DNA of 56,723 bases, counting the filler, from Candidatus Woesearchaeota archaeon (GTDB taxonomy: Archaea > Nanobdellota > Nanobdellia > Woesearchaeales > CAZJJJ01): the NCBI GenBank assembly GCA_046538795.1. It is 4 parts of 4 records of this genome, joined end to end, with 100 filler letters (N's around TTAATTAATTAA, not from the genome) between each part and the next. Parts side by side here need not be neighbours in the genome. Positions count along the whole stretch, not along the records: positions 35,645 to 52,834 come from JBKHIF010000028.1; 3 more parts are not named here. One strand, 5' to 3'. A program made the position numbers and the translations under genes. Positions 40,724 to 51,921 of the stretch are shown here, piece by piece. Every line of letters begins with the position of its first letter. Position 1 is the stretch's first letter. The notes under the pieces were generated by a model, which saw only the letters and a list, made by a program, of their open reading frames with translations, was not told where the DNA came from and ran no database searches.

Positions 40724-41491
40724 ATGGAGACAATATTGGAACTCAAGGATCTTGTCCTTGAAAGAAACAACAAAAAAATACTCAATGGCCTTTCAATGGA
40801 AATCTGGAAAGGACACATACACGCGATCGTCGGCCCTAACGGAGCCGGAAAATCAACTCTTTCTTATGCCCTTATGGGACTTGAAGAATACAGGGATGTG
40901 AAAGGAAAGATAATTTTCAAGGGAAAATCAATATCTGATCTTGATGTGACCCAAAGGGCCAAAAAAGGAATTACTCTCGCCTGGCAGGAACCAGCAAGGT
41001 TTGAAGGTCTTTCAGTACGTCAGTATCTTAAGGCCAGCTGTAAATGCAGCGATGAAAAAGTGATTGAAGAAGCTCTTGATCTAATGGGGCTTGAGCCATG
41101 CATTTATCTTGATCGTGCTCTTGACAAGACTCTTTCTGGTGGTGAGAGAAAAAGGATAGAACTTGCATCAATATATGTCATGGAGCCTGAACTTGTCATC
41201 ATGGATGAACCTGATTCAGGTATTGATATCGAAGCAATTGAAAGGATATTTTCAATGATAGAATCTCTAAAGGATAAAGGGACTACAGTCATCTTCATAA
41301 CACATAGCACAGCTGTCCTGGAAAAATCAGATCATGCATTTCTATTGTGCGACGGAAAAATCCTTGACAAAGGAACAAAAGATCACATCCAAAGATACTT
41401 TGAAAAAAAATGCATAAGCTGCAAGCATCCTAATGCTCCTTCAAAAGACGTTGTTGAAAAACTTGGTGTGCGGGGTGTCAAAAATGGATGA
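40724..41491 (+). CDS. sufC: SufC/SmsC-type ABC ATPase of minimal Fe-S assembly system
   Basis: GPNGAGKST, LSGGERKRIELA, DEPDSGID and C-terminal CxxCxH. Confidence 0.88.
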   Translation: METILELKDLVLERNNKKILNGLSMEIWKGHIHAIVGPNGAGKSTLSYALMGLEEYRDVKGKIIFKGKSISDLDVTQRAKKGITLAWQEPARFEGLSVRQYLKASCKCSDEKVIEEALDLMGLEPCIYLDRALDKTLSGGERKRIELASIYVMEPELVIMDEPDSGIDIEAIERIFSMIESLKDKGTTVIFITHSTAVLEKSDHAFLLCDGKILDKGTKDHIQRYFEKKCISCKHPNAPSKDVVEKLGVRGVKNG

Positions 41492-42413
41492 AACCAAGTT
41501 AAGTGAAATCATAAAAGTTGCAAACATTCACAAAGAAACAGATGATGAAAATACGATAAAACTAATAATGAATGAAAACAGGATACTTGCCTCACACACT
41601 CTTCCTGGTGTTAACGTCGATGCCAAAGAAACAAAAAATGGCATAGATGTTAAGATAATCGTTGAAGAAGGAATCATAGTGGAAAAACCAGTTCATTTCT
41701 GTTTTGGTGTTCTCCACAAAGACTTCAAGCAAAACATAGATCTTGATGTACTCATAAAAAAAGGCGCAAAGATTACAGTCACAGGCCACTGCATTTTCAT
41801 GGGAAATAACAAGATATCTCATATAATGCACTGAAAAGTCAAAATAGAAGATAATGCTGATTTTACATATTTTGAAAGACACATCCATTCAGACTCAGGA
41901 AACATTGAAGTTTATCCTAATGCAAAGATAATAGTAGGAAAAAATGCTCGCTATAGGACCGAGTTTGAGCTTATTCAGGGTCTCGTAGGCACAACTGAAT
42001 TCAATTATGAAGTTGATGCTGATGATGATGCTGTAATCGAGATGGAAGCAAGGATGTACGGTAAAGCAAATGACAAGATAAAGATAATAGAAAACGCCAA
42101 TCTTCACGGTGCAAGGTCAAGAGCTGTACTTAAATCAAGGGTTGCTGCAAAGGGTAATGCAAAGGCTGAAGTATATAACACTATAAGAGCCTCAGGAGAT
42201 TCTGCTAAAGGCCATGTGGACTGCCGGGAAGTCTTACAGGAAAATGGTAATGTCCAAGCCTATCCAAATGTTGAAGTTCTTCATCCAAAAGCTCATGTAA
42301 CTCACGAGGCAAGCCTTGGCGGAGTTGACAACAAACAGCTTGAGACTCTTATGGCAAGAGGACTTTCAGAAGATGATGCTGAAGACCTGATCATAAAAGG
42401 AATGCTCACATAA
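41484..42413 (+). pseudogene. SufB/SufD-like (SmsB) scaffold interrupted by one in-frame TGA at 41832-41834
   Basis: ORFs 41433-41834 and 42042-42413 share a frame with an open segment between them. PVHFCFG, GHVDC, HVTHEASLG and LMARGL motifs. Confidence 0.85.
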
Positions 42414-42519
42414 ATTAGATGATGTATATATTTGTTTTTTTCTGATGGTAACAAATCATTTTATACTTCTTGATCAAGTTTTATGCTATATATCAAAGCA
42501 GAAAAACAAAAGGTGGTAA

Positions 42520-43518
<999 letters not shown>

Positions 43519-43589
43519 ACATTATTTTTTTACTTTTATTTATTTTTTACATTCCATGAATATTATTCAGATCAGTTCGGGGTTTATTT

Positions 43590-44285
43590 TTAATTGTATA
43601 GAAAACTGTCGGTGTCAAAACCAGATATTTCATTATTTAGTTCATCATATCTTTCATATCCAACTTTTTTTATGCAGGGAAGAACATCTGAAACCAGATA
43701 CATGAGAAGCATATTAAGGTTTGTTTTAAGATCATTCCTATGATATGATGATTCCATCTCTATGCGTCCTGCAAAATTTCCATATTCAAATCGGATCAGC
43801 AGATCAACATCATCATCTGATTCAGGCGGCCTGAACCTAATTGCAGACTCATTTTCAAGAGAAGCATATATTTCCTCACCATAACTCTTTTCATCTACAA
43901 GACAATCATGCATTATTTTTTTTAGGCAATCAAGTTTTTCTGTAGAGAGCTCATATGAATAAAAAGTAAACAATGCTGATTCGATTCCCTCAATTTCTTT
44001 ATCTGAACTTCTTATGGTAAAATAATCATTTCCTAAATTGCAGGAAAAGCAATTATAATTCTGCCTTTGTATATACCTCTTTTTGATAAGTTCAGCAGAA
44101 CTATCACAATATGTTTGAGGATCATCATTTTGTTCAGGATTAACCTTTATTTCGTCTTTCGGATCTATCCCTATCTCTTTGAGAAAATCATTCATCTCAT
44201 CTTCAAGATGAGACAATTCATCAGAATAGCCTTCATCAGGCTCGTCCTCATTTCCAAAATCCCTATATCTGTTCTTAAATGACAT
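43590..44285 (-). CDS. Hypothetical acidic protein
   Basis: 231-aa ORF, no recognisable motif. Confidence 0.7.
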   Translation of the reverse strand: MSFKNRYRDFGNEDEPDEGYSDELSHLEDEMNDFLKEIGIDPKDEIKVNPEQNDDPQTYCDSSAELIKKRYIQRQNYNCFSCNLGNDYFTIRSSDKEIEGIESALFTFYSYELSTEKLDCLKKIMHDCLVDEKSYGEEIYASLENESAIRFRPPESDDDVDLLIRFEYGNFAGRIEMESSYHRNDLKTNLNMLLMYLVSDVLPCIKKVGYERYDELNNEISGFDTDSFLYN

Positions 44286-44325
44286 TTATCTATGAGCAGT
44301 CATGCTCTATTTAAAAAGAAATCGC

Positions 44326-45645
44326 TTATTCAGGGTAGTTAAACCCAAAATCAGTATTTGAGGTTCTAAAAGGATCATTCAAAAAAAGATTGATATCTTC
44401 TCCACTGTACAACCCTCTTGATGCAAGTTCATGACTGAGGTTGTTTATCCTGCTCTTAAGAAGTATTGATTCAAATTCATAATCTTCATCGCGTTCTGAT
44501 CTTTGAAGTTCTCTATAATCAGCCATGTAATCTAAAAAAAGAGAATTTAGTTCTGGCTCAGATATAAAGCGATAGCTGTTTTTATCTGTATTCAAAAGGT
44601 TGCTTACAGGAAATTCTACGTTTCTGAGAACAGGATAACCATCATTTTCCAAAGCCTCTTCTAAACTGCGTGATACTCTATCTACATCTAAAAAATGATC
44701 TTCAAGAACATAAGACATTGCATATGTGAATGCATAAAAACAATCTGTCTTAGCATCATTCAGACATGACACTGAATCATTGTTAATAACAGATATTCTA
44801 ACTTTATTTTCAGGTGAGCGTGACAATGCAATAATAATATTATCTGAAAACCTATATTTCACCCCTTCATCTGAATAATCCACAACCTCCATCTCATAAG
44901 CTCCATTTCTGAATTCATCAAAATATCCTTTTTCCATAAGCTGCTTGTTTATCATCAATGTTATATCTTTCAAAGATCTTTCTGATCGAAGTTCCAGATC
45001 AAGCGAAAGGTTTCTCAATGTGGATATACTTTCTCTAAAATGGCGCAAGTTTTTTTCCACATAATAATCCAAAGAAAAATTATCGTCTGAACAGATCTTT
45101 TTTCTGCTATTAGCTACAAGATTCCCTATTGAATATTCATTCACCCTGCTTGTTGCAATAAAATCGTCATAATTGAATCCACTCATAAAAGAACCGAATT
45201 CATCTGAGTATATCCTGGATTCACGAAGAGCTCTTTTTATAAGGTCGTATGTCTGAAAAGCATCACCAATTGTTCCCTTGAATTGTTCTGTTATCTCAGA
45301 AGGAGATAAATCCTGATCTAAATTAGTTTCACAACTAAGCCTGATTCTCTTAATATCATCACTGTAACTTAGGTCAATTTCCAAGCCATCATAAAGAGTT
45401 ATGCTGTAAGAGCCGTCAAATTCATTCCAAACCCTGTCAGCAGAGTAAAGTTCGCCCATTAATTCATCTTCAATCGCACGTTTTACGGTTTCAAAACCTA
45501 CATCAACACCAGTAAAATCAATATCGATCTCAGAGGTAAATGTCCTTTGATCTCCCTCTACTATGTCTTCGACACTGAGTTCTATTATTGTAGAACATTC
45601 AGGATTGCCAAATCTTTTTTCATAATTTGTTATCAATGTGATCAC
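44326..45645 (-). CDS. Hypothetical acidic protein
   Basis: 439-aa ORF, no recognisable motif. Confidence 0.75.
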   Translation of the reverse strand: MITLITNYEKRFGNPECSTIIELSVEDIVEGDQRTFTSEIDIDFTGVDVGFETVKRAIEDELMGELYSADRVWNEFDGSYSITLYDGLEIDLSYSDDIKRIRLSCETNLDQDLSPSEITEQFKGTIGDAFQTYDLIKRALRESRIYSDEFGSFMSGFNYDDFIATSRVNEYSIGNLVANSRKKICSDDNFSLDYYVEKNLRHFRESISTLRNLSLDLELRSERSLKDITLMINKQLMEKGYFDEFRNGAYEMEVVDYSDEGVKYRFSDNIIIALSRSPENKVRISVINNDSVSCLNDAKTDCFYAFTYAMSYVLEDHFLDVDRVSRSLEEALENDGYPVLRNVEFPVSNLLNTDKNSYRFISEPELNSLFLDYMADYRELQRSERDEDYEFESILLKSRINNLSHELASRGLYSGEDINLFLNDPFRTSNTDFGFNYPE

Positions 45646-45725
45646 TCTTAATCTTTATCAATGTCATTGAAGTTTTGTCAAGCAAACCACATAGTAATTG
45701 CCTTGTTTTTATTAATTTTTCTCGT

Positions 45726-45873
45726 ATAACTCAAGCCGATTGCTATTCCCCTGCCTGCTCGAAGAATACCTTTACAGGGCAAACCCCACAAAAACGAAAA
45801 GAAATTTTTTAAATTTCTGCGCATATTGAAACAAGGTTTCAATCGTGTTTCATGCGAAATTTTCAATAAAAAA
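45726..45873 (+). repeat. Dispersed structured repeat, copy 3
   Basis: ATAACTCAAGCCGATTGCTATTCCCC...CATGCGAAATTTTCAATAAAA matches copies 1 and 2. Confidence 0.92.
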
Positions 45874-45975
45874 ATAACCTTATACGTCCCAGATGTTGCA
45901 AAATTGATTCAAAAGTGGTGAATTAATATTTTAAATAAAAGGATTTTTATATTTTTTTAAGATCGTGAATGAGGT

Positions 45976-47151
45976 GTGAAAATGGAATATTTCTCTCTAA
46001 AGAAACTAGGTATAAAGAATAAAAGAGTTCTGGTGCGTGTTGATTTTAATGTTCCTGTAAAAAAAGGCAAGGTTATGAATGATAAGAGGATCAGAGAATC
46101 GCTTCCTACAATAAACTATATCCTAAAGAAAAAGGCTAAACAGATAATACTGATGAGCCACCTAGGAAGGCCAAAGGGAGAGTTTGATGAGAAATATTCT
46201 CTTAAACCTGTTGCAAAAAGGCTTACTTCATTATTGGGAAAAAAGGTTTATTTTGTAGATGACTGCCTTAAGCCTGCTCCAGCTGATTCTGAAGTTGTTC
46301 TTTTGGAAAATCTCAGGTTCTATAAAGATGAAAAGACAAACGATTCCAGATTTGCCAAACAGCTTGCTTCAAATGCTGATGTTTATGTAAATGATGCTTT
46401 TGGAACATGCCACAGAGCTCACGCATCAGTTCACGCGGTCACGAGATACTTAAGAAGCGCTCCAGGGTTCTTGGTTGAAAAAGAGATAAAGAACCTCTCT
46501 TTAGAAGATCCTAAAAAGCCTTTTGTTGTTGTCTTGGGAGGATCAAAGGTATCAGACAAGATAAATGTGATAAATAATCTCCTTAAGAAGGCTGATGCCA
46601 TACTTATAGGCGGAGCGATGATATTTACCTTCTATAAGTCCATGGGTAAAGAGATCGGAAAGAGTCTTGTCGAGGATGATAAATTAGATCTTGCTTCAAA
46701 ACTTCTTAAGAAATCAAAGCAAAAGATAATCCTTCCTGTAGATGTTGTCTGCGCTAAAAAGCCTGAACAAAAGGCAAAAGCAGAAGTGTTTGATGTTGAT
46801 AGTATTCCTAAAGACCAGCTAGGTCTTGACATAGGCGAAGAATCCATAAGATTATTTTCTTCAATACTTTCTAAGGCAAAGACAATTATCTGGAATGGTC
46901 CTTTGGGAATGTTTGAAATTTCCAAATTTGCCAAAGGTACGAATGCAATTGCAAAAATCCTTTCTGAAACAAGTGCAAAGACAATAATAGGTGGAGGAGA
47001 TTCTGCAACAGCCATCGAAAATCTCAAATTGCAGAACAAGATGACTCATGTCTCAACAGGCGGAGGAGCATCACTTGAATTCTTGGAAGGAAAAAGTCTT
47101 ACTGCTCTTAAAGCTCTTGAACAGAATTTTAAGAAGTATAAGTCGAAATAG
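45976..47151 (+). CDS. pgk: Phosphoglycerate kinase
   Basis: RVDFNVP, SHLGRP, LENLRF, DAFGTCHR and STGGGASLEFLEG motifs. Confidence 0.96.
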   Translation: MKMEYFSLKKLGIKNKRVLVRVDFNVPVKKGKVMNDKRIRESLPTINYILKKKAKQIILMSHLGRPKGEFDEKYSLKPVAKRLTSLLGKKVYFVDDCLKPAPADSEVVLLENLRFYKDEKTNDSRFAKQLASNADVYVNDAFGTCHRAHASVHAVTRYLRSAPGFLVEKEIKNLSLEDPKKPFVVVLGGSKVSDKINVINNLLKKADAILIGGAMIFTFYKSMGKEIGKSLVEDDKLDLASKLLKKSKQKIILPVDVVCAKKPEQKAKAEVFDVDSIPKDQLGLDIGEESIRLFSSILSKAKTIIWNGPLGMFEISKFAKGTNAIAKILSETSAKTIIGGGDSATAIENLKLQNKMTHVSTGGGASLEFLEGKSLTALKALEQNFKKYKSK

Positions 47152-47164
47152 AAAGGGGAATATC

Positions 47165-47638
47165 CTAATTCTCCTTCCTTAAATAATAGCCCTTATCAAT
47201 AATATTTGTCACTTCTTTTTTTTCAAACTTTCCTAGTCCTAAATTTTCATCTTTAAGATTCTGCACAAATACGATTCCGCGTTCTCCTTCAGAATCATGG
47301 ACTGATTTTTCAAAGATATCGCGACCGCAGAGAAAGAGCCATTCTGCTTTCTTATCGACAAAAACCTTATTTTCTGAAAATGTGGAAAGCTTATCAATTA
47401 ACGCCAGCGAAGGGATGAATTCCTGCTTTTTAATCTCACCCATGAAAAGCCCTGCAGAAAATACGCTTCTTGAAATATTTTCTTTGAGTTTCTTAGCTTT
47501 TGCATCTATTAAAAAATACTTATTGTCTTCGAAATATATTGATTTAAAGAAATTATCAAGTTCCTTGTTTTTTTTAGGAAATAAAACGTTTATGTATTCT
47601 TCAATATTTTTTGCAAAAATCCTGGCTTTTTGAGACAT
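47165..47638 (-). CDS. Nip7-like PUA-domain ribosome biogenesis protein
   Basis: KAEWLFLCGRDI...NLGLG...DKGYYLRKE. Confidence 0.7.
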   Translation of the reverse strand: MSQKARIFAKNIEEYINVLFPKKNKELDNFFKSIYFEDNKYFLIDAKAKKLKENISRSVFSAGLFMGEIKKQEFIPSLALIDKLSTFSENKVFVDKKAEWLFLCGRDIFEKSVHDSEGERGIVFVQNLKDENLGLGKFEKKEVTNIIDKGYYLRKEN

Positions 47639-47750
47639 AATTATAAAGTTAATCTTATCATTATTAAACATTTTGCATTCTGCAGATGTTATATAGCTCA
47701 ACAAAAAAGAAAATATTAATTATAACGCAAATAATAGTATTTATCTAAAG

Positions 47751-48278
47751 ATGATAAGACACAAAAATTCAGAAAAATATGTATTTGTTGATTTTAACGG
47801 AGAAATAAAAAAAATTGAACTTAAAAACATTCTTGCTAAATTCAAAATAGATGACATAATAAGGTTTCAAAAAGAAGACTATGATCTGATTAATCCAAAT
47901 TCTAAATATCTTACACATTTCAATCTTGAAAACACAGATCACGTTATAGGTTACAAATATGCTCTTGTAAAGATAATCAAACCAGGTTATTTTGATGGCA
48001 GTAAAGAGATTAAACCAATTTTGGATTTCAGCAACTGCCCTTTTGTCTTGTGCACAGAAGCAAAAGATCACATATGTTATGAGAAAGTCACTGAAAATGA
48101 TTTTAAATACAGCCTTGAAAACATAAAATCAGCAGAAGAACTGAAAAAAGCCATCTTAAGAAGATATAAATACAGCATGCACCATATTTCTGATAAAAAA
48201 AAGCTTTCTATGGGAGTTAGCATAACTACATTAAAAATTCTTGGACAAAGTAAACTAACAAAAAATGATTTAGTCTAA
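47751..48278 (+). CDS. Hypothetical protein
   Basis: 175-aa ORF; a possible ASCH-like C-terminus is unverified. Confidence 0.65.
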   Translation: MIRHKNSEKYVFVDFNGEIKKIELKNILAKFKIDDIIRFQKEDYDLINPNSKYLTHFNLENTDHVIGYKYALVKIIKPGYFDGSKEIKPILDFSNCPFVLCTEAKDHICYEKVTENDFKYSLENIKSAEELKKAILRRYKYSMHHISDKKKLSMGVSITTLKILGQSKLTKNDLV

Positions 48279-48336
48279 TAAAAAACATCTCAAAATTTTC
48301 ATAAGTTATAAATAAACAGAATGAATTATTCTTATC

Positions 48337-48684
48337 ATGAAGTCAAAAGCACAAAAAGAAATTGCAAGACAGAGAATAAAAGAACTTTTTAAGGAAGCCC
48401 ATACTGCGTTTCACGACAAATCTTTGGGAAAAGAATATTCTGACAGATATGTGGCTTTAGCAAGAAAGATTGCAATGAAATATAATATAAGGATGACTTC
48501 AGAACAAAAAAGAAAATTCTGCAAACACTGTTATTCTTATCTTGAGCCAGGATATAACGCAAGAGTCAGGGCAAGGGAAGGGAAAATGGTCTATTTCTGT
48601 GAAAATTGCAAAAAATACACAAGACTTCCATACATAAAAGAACAAAAAGAAAAAAGAGCTAAAACCCCTGAAAAAAGCAAATAA
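48337..48684 (+). CDS. rnp4: RNase P protein component 4 (Rpp21)
   Basis: RYVALARKIAMK, KRKFCKHC, ARVR and CENC motifs. Confidence 0.92.
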   Translation: MKSKAQKEIARQRIKELFKEAHTAFHDKSLGKEYSDRYVALARKIAMKYNIRMTSEQKRKFCKHCYSYLEPGYNARVRAREGKMVYFCENCKKYTRLPYIKEQKEKRAKTPEKSK

Positions 48685-48755
48685 GACTAAATTAACCGCT
48701 AAAAACTCAAAAATTACAAAAACTTTTTTAAATAAAACCTTGTTTCGGCAGAGTT

Positions 48756-50582
48756 ATGGGAAAGCTAAAAAGAAAATTTAAGAGGTTTATCAAGGGAAAA
48801 TGGCCACTTTTAGCAGCTATACCTTTCGCATTTGCTTCATATAATACAATGTGCCCTATCAAAGATAGTATTCTTTTTCACAACCTTCATCAATATGAAC
48901 TTCGCCATGGAGAATGGGGGCGAGGTCCTGAACATGATCCATCTTTGGGCGAAATACTAGAAACATTTCATGATGATTGGCTTCCTGAAATCCTTGTTTC
49001 GAACTACGGTGTTGCTATTGGTGGGCTAACTCTTGTAAATTTGCTTCTAAAAAAAGATAGTAAAAAGAAAAAATCAAATGATTCTGATGAAAACGATGAA
49101 AGTGAAAAAGCTATTGATATTACAAAGACCAAGACAGGATCCATAATTGATGCAGTTCAAAATAATTCAGAAATTAGTGAAATTAGAGAAAAGATATATC
49201 AATATCATCAGCACAGGATTGAAGTCGAACATTCAGGAAGAATGGCAAAAAAAATTCCCGGGATCTTGTTTTTTCCATTTATTGCAGGATATCATCTTAT
49301 CGCACCTGAACTGGTCCCTGAAAAGAAAAAAGAAAGATATCTTCTAAGAAATATTTATGAAGACTGGGAAGACGGAAATTACAGTACGCTATTTAAATTT
49401 AATGAAATTTACTGGAAAAAACTTCATAAGGTCAATCCTGATAAGACATATTATCTTTTAGAGGCACTCTATCTTACACAAAAACATTACGGAAAACAAA
49501 CAAAGACCAAACGTGCATGGAATTCTTTCATTGATGAATATTTTCCTGAAGGTATTGAAAATGCAGAATTTAATCATGCGCCAAGATCAAGAAATGAAGT
49601 TCTTGAGTTTTCTATCGATGACAAGTTCAAGGTTTACATAAAAAGAAGCGATGATCATGAAAATATAAACAATGAATTCAAAAACACCTTGCTTTTTTAT
49701 GAAGCGACAGAACATGCACCTGTTCCAGGAACTGTTGTTCAGGGAAAAGATGGCAAAAGTTATCTATTGATAGTTTCTGCAGGTGAAAGGACATTATATG
49801 ATATATTTGATCAAAGCCCCAGAAATAAAGATAGATTAGATCTTGAAGAAAGATTAGAAAGACTTGATATTGCAACAGAACAGCTTGAAGATATCCATTC
49901 TGAAGGAAGGGAAAGAAGATTTAAAAATGCCTTAAAAGACAGATCATTTTATTCAAAAAGAAATGAATCAGTCTGCGATTCGCTGGGGATTGACGATGAA
50001 CTTAAAGAAAATATAATTCATGGTCTAAGACCGATTGAAGAACAAATATGTAATCTCTTAGAAGAATGCTCAGATCAAATTACTGGATACAAGGTCTTCA
50101 AAAAAATTCTTACACAATATCACAAGGATCCTAATACAAAAAATATTACAGAAGCAGATGTTGACGGAGACTTAAAGATCGAACATATTGATTATGAATC
50201 TATGAGAACAGAGGCATCTCTTTCTGATTATATAGCTCTTTGGGAATTTCCAAGAAATAATGTACCTCTTGATATAAGAAATCAGAGGATAATGAGAAGC
50301 ATAAGAAGAACTTCAAGAAAACAAAAAATAATGGTTCCTGAATACAAAGAAAAAGATATATATGAAAAGATTGAAGAATCTCTTGATTTTGCAAGAATAC
50401 TTACACACTGGAAATATATTGAATACAGGCACAGAGATAAAGAAACTGCATACAAGTTCTATCATAAAAAACAAGTTGATGATGCTCTTCAAAGGCTTGT
50501 GCAAAAAGGACATAGAGAACTTATTCCTTTACAGGATGCAATGGATGAACTTCACGACCATGCTTTAGAATATCTTGCCTAA
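48756..50582 (+). CDS. Membrane-associated protein with kinase-like (APH/phosphotransferase) C-terminal domain
   Basis: VYIK, HKDPNTKNI and HIDYE resemble the HxDxxxxN and DFE kinase motifs. Confidence 0.6.
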   Translation: MGKLKRKFKRFIKGKWPLLAAIPFAFASYNTMCPIKDSILFHNLHQYELRHGEWGRGPEHDPSLGEILETFHDDWLPEILVSNYGVAIGGLTLVNLLLKKDSKKKKSNDSDENDESEKAIDITKTKTGSIIDAVQNNSEISEIREKIYQYHQHRIEVEHSGRMAKKIPGILFFPFIAGYHLIAPELVPEKKKERYLLRNIYEDWEDGNYSTLFKFNEIYWKKLHKVNPDKTYYLLEALYLTQKHYGKQTKTKRAWNSFIDEYFPEGIENAEFNHAPRSRNEVLEFSIDDKFKVYIKRSDDHENINNEFKNTLLFYEATEHAPVPGTVVQGKDGKSYLLIVSAGERTLYDIFDQSPRNKDRLDLEERLERLDIATEQLEDIHSEGRERRFKNALKDRSFYSKRNESVCDSLGIDDELKENIIHGLRPIEEQICNLLEECSDQITGYKVFKKILTQYHKDPNTKNITEADVDGDLKIEHIDYESMRTEASLSDYIALWEFPRNNVPLDIRNQRIMRSIRRTSRKQKIMVPEYKEKDIYEKIEESLDFARILTHWKYIEYRHRDKETAYKFYHKKQVDDALQRLVQKGHRELIPLQDAMDELHDHALEYLA

Positions 50583-51835
50583 GGCTTTGCATGTTTCTTT
50601 AAAACAGGAATGACAGTATTATCGAGCGCATAATCGATAAGTTCTTTGTCTAATGCTAATGGAGGCGGAGCAATACGAGCATATGCAGCATCTTTTTCTT
50701 CTGAATAATGGCCTGCTTTCATAAATACTCTTGGTTCATAATCTCCTGTCAGCATTTCAATGCATGCTGGTTTTGCGCTTTTTGCACCATTAATCTCAAC
50801 TCTTATCAGCAATCCTTTATTTTCTGCATTTACTCCATCTACATCTTTGAGTTTATCGACAAAATAATCTCCAAGTTCAAGCGATCTTTCAGGAACTTTT
50901 TGTTTTACGATAGATTCTAGTGATGCAATCGCTGCAGCACATGCCAAGGGATAGCCTCCAAATGTACTTCCGTCTGATCCAGGCGTATATATCTCCATGA
51001 AATCTTCAGTTCCAACCACAGCGCTTACAGGTATTATTCCTCCGCCAAGAGCTTTTCCTAAAGTTACAAAATCAGGACGAGCTTCTTCGCCAAACTCCTG
51101 CCAGGCCATCAGATAGCCGCACCTTCCAAGACCTGTCTGGATCTCATCACAGCCAAAAATAAGATTATTTTCTTTTGCAAGATTTTTCACATCCATAAAA
51201 TGTTTTTTGGTAGAAAATAATGGTCCGCCTTCACCTTTGTGCGTCTCTATAAATATTCCGACAGTATTATTGTTTATTGCTTCAGAGATTGAATCGATAT
51301 CATCATGAACAACCCGTATTCCCGGGGATCGTGGAATTCGCCTATAGCTTTGATCAGGATCAAACAATGCGTTTGATGCAAAAGGCCAGGTTCTTCCATG
51401 AAAATAGTTTTCTGTCAAGATGACTTCAGGATCTTTAATCCCATGTTCATGACCATGCATAAGTATTCCTGAAAGAGCAGAGTCTGTTGCAGAACCACCA
51501 TCGCTTTTTGAAAGGACACGATCATAACCAGTTAGGCTTGTTATAAGTTCTGCAAAATCTGCATATCTTGAAGAATATACTGCTCTACTTACAAGATCTG
51601 AACCACAGTCAAGCTCTAGTTTAACTGCATCGACGATAGGTGTATAATTATGTGAAAGTATTGAAGAATAGGCTGACAAGAAATCTAAAGCTCGGTTATT
51701 ATCTACATCATAAAGCCAGGGACCTTCAGCCCATTTAACAACAAAAGGATAAGGCTCATAGTTATTTGCGCTATACTTTTTTATCTTTTCTACTGATTCT
51801 CTGCTTTTTGGTCCTAATACATCTCTGTAATCCAT
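50579..51835 (-). CDS. Class III aminotransferase (ornithine aminotransferase-like)
   Basis: FHGRT, DEIQTGLGRCG, GKALGGG and GSTFGGYPLACAAA motifs. Confidence 0.9.
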   Translation of the reverse strand: MDYRDVLGPKSRESVEKIKKYSANNYEPYPFVVKWAEGPWLYDVDNNRALDFLSAYSSILSHNYTPIVDAVKLELDCGSDLVSRAVYSSRYADFAELITSLTGYDRVLSKSDGGSATDSALSGILMHGHEHGIKDPEVILTENYFHGRTWPFASNALFDPDQSYRRIPRSPGIRVVHDDIDSISEAINNNTVGIFIETHKGEGGPLFSTKKHFMDVKNLAKENNLIFGCDEIQTGLGRCGYLMAWQEFGEEARPDFVTLGKALGGGIIPVSAVVGTEDFMEIYTPGSDGSTFGGYPLACAAAIASLESIVKQKVPERSLELGDYFVDKLKDVDGVNAENKGLLIRVEINGAKSAKPACIEMLTGDYEPRVFMKAGHYSEEKDAAYARIAPPPLALDKELIDYALDNTVIPVLKKHAKP

Positions 51836-51921
51836 GTTTATCACCCAAGTTAAATATTAACAGAATTAATAGAAACAGGATTGTGCTTTATATTGATTAT
51901 TGAGGCAAAGAAGTAATGTTT

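Noticed and set aside
41832..41834. Genome-wide TGA recoding (genetic code 4 or 25)
   Set aside because: Several well-defined genes end in TGA (e.g. 2160, 11221, 34119) and no other conserved gene is interrupted.
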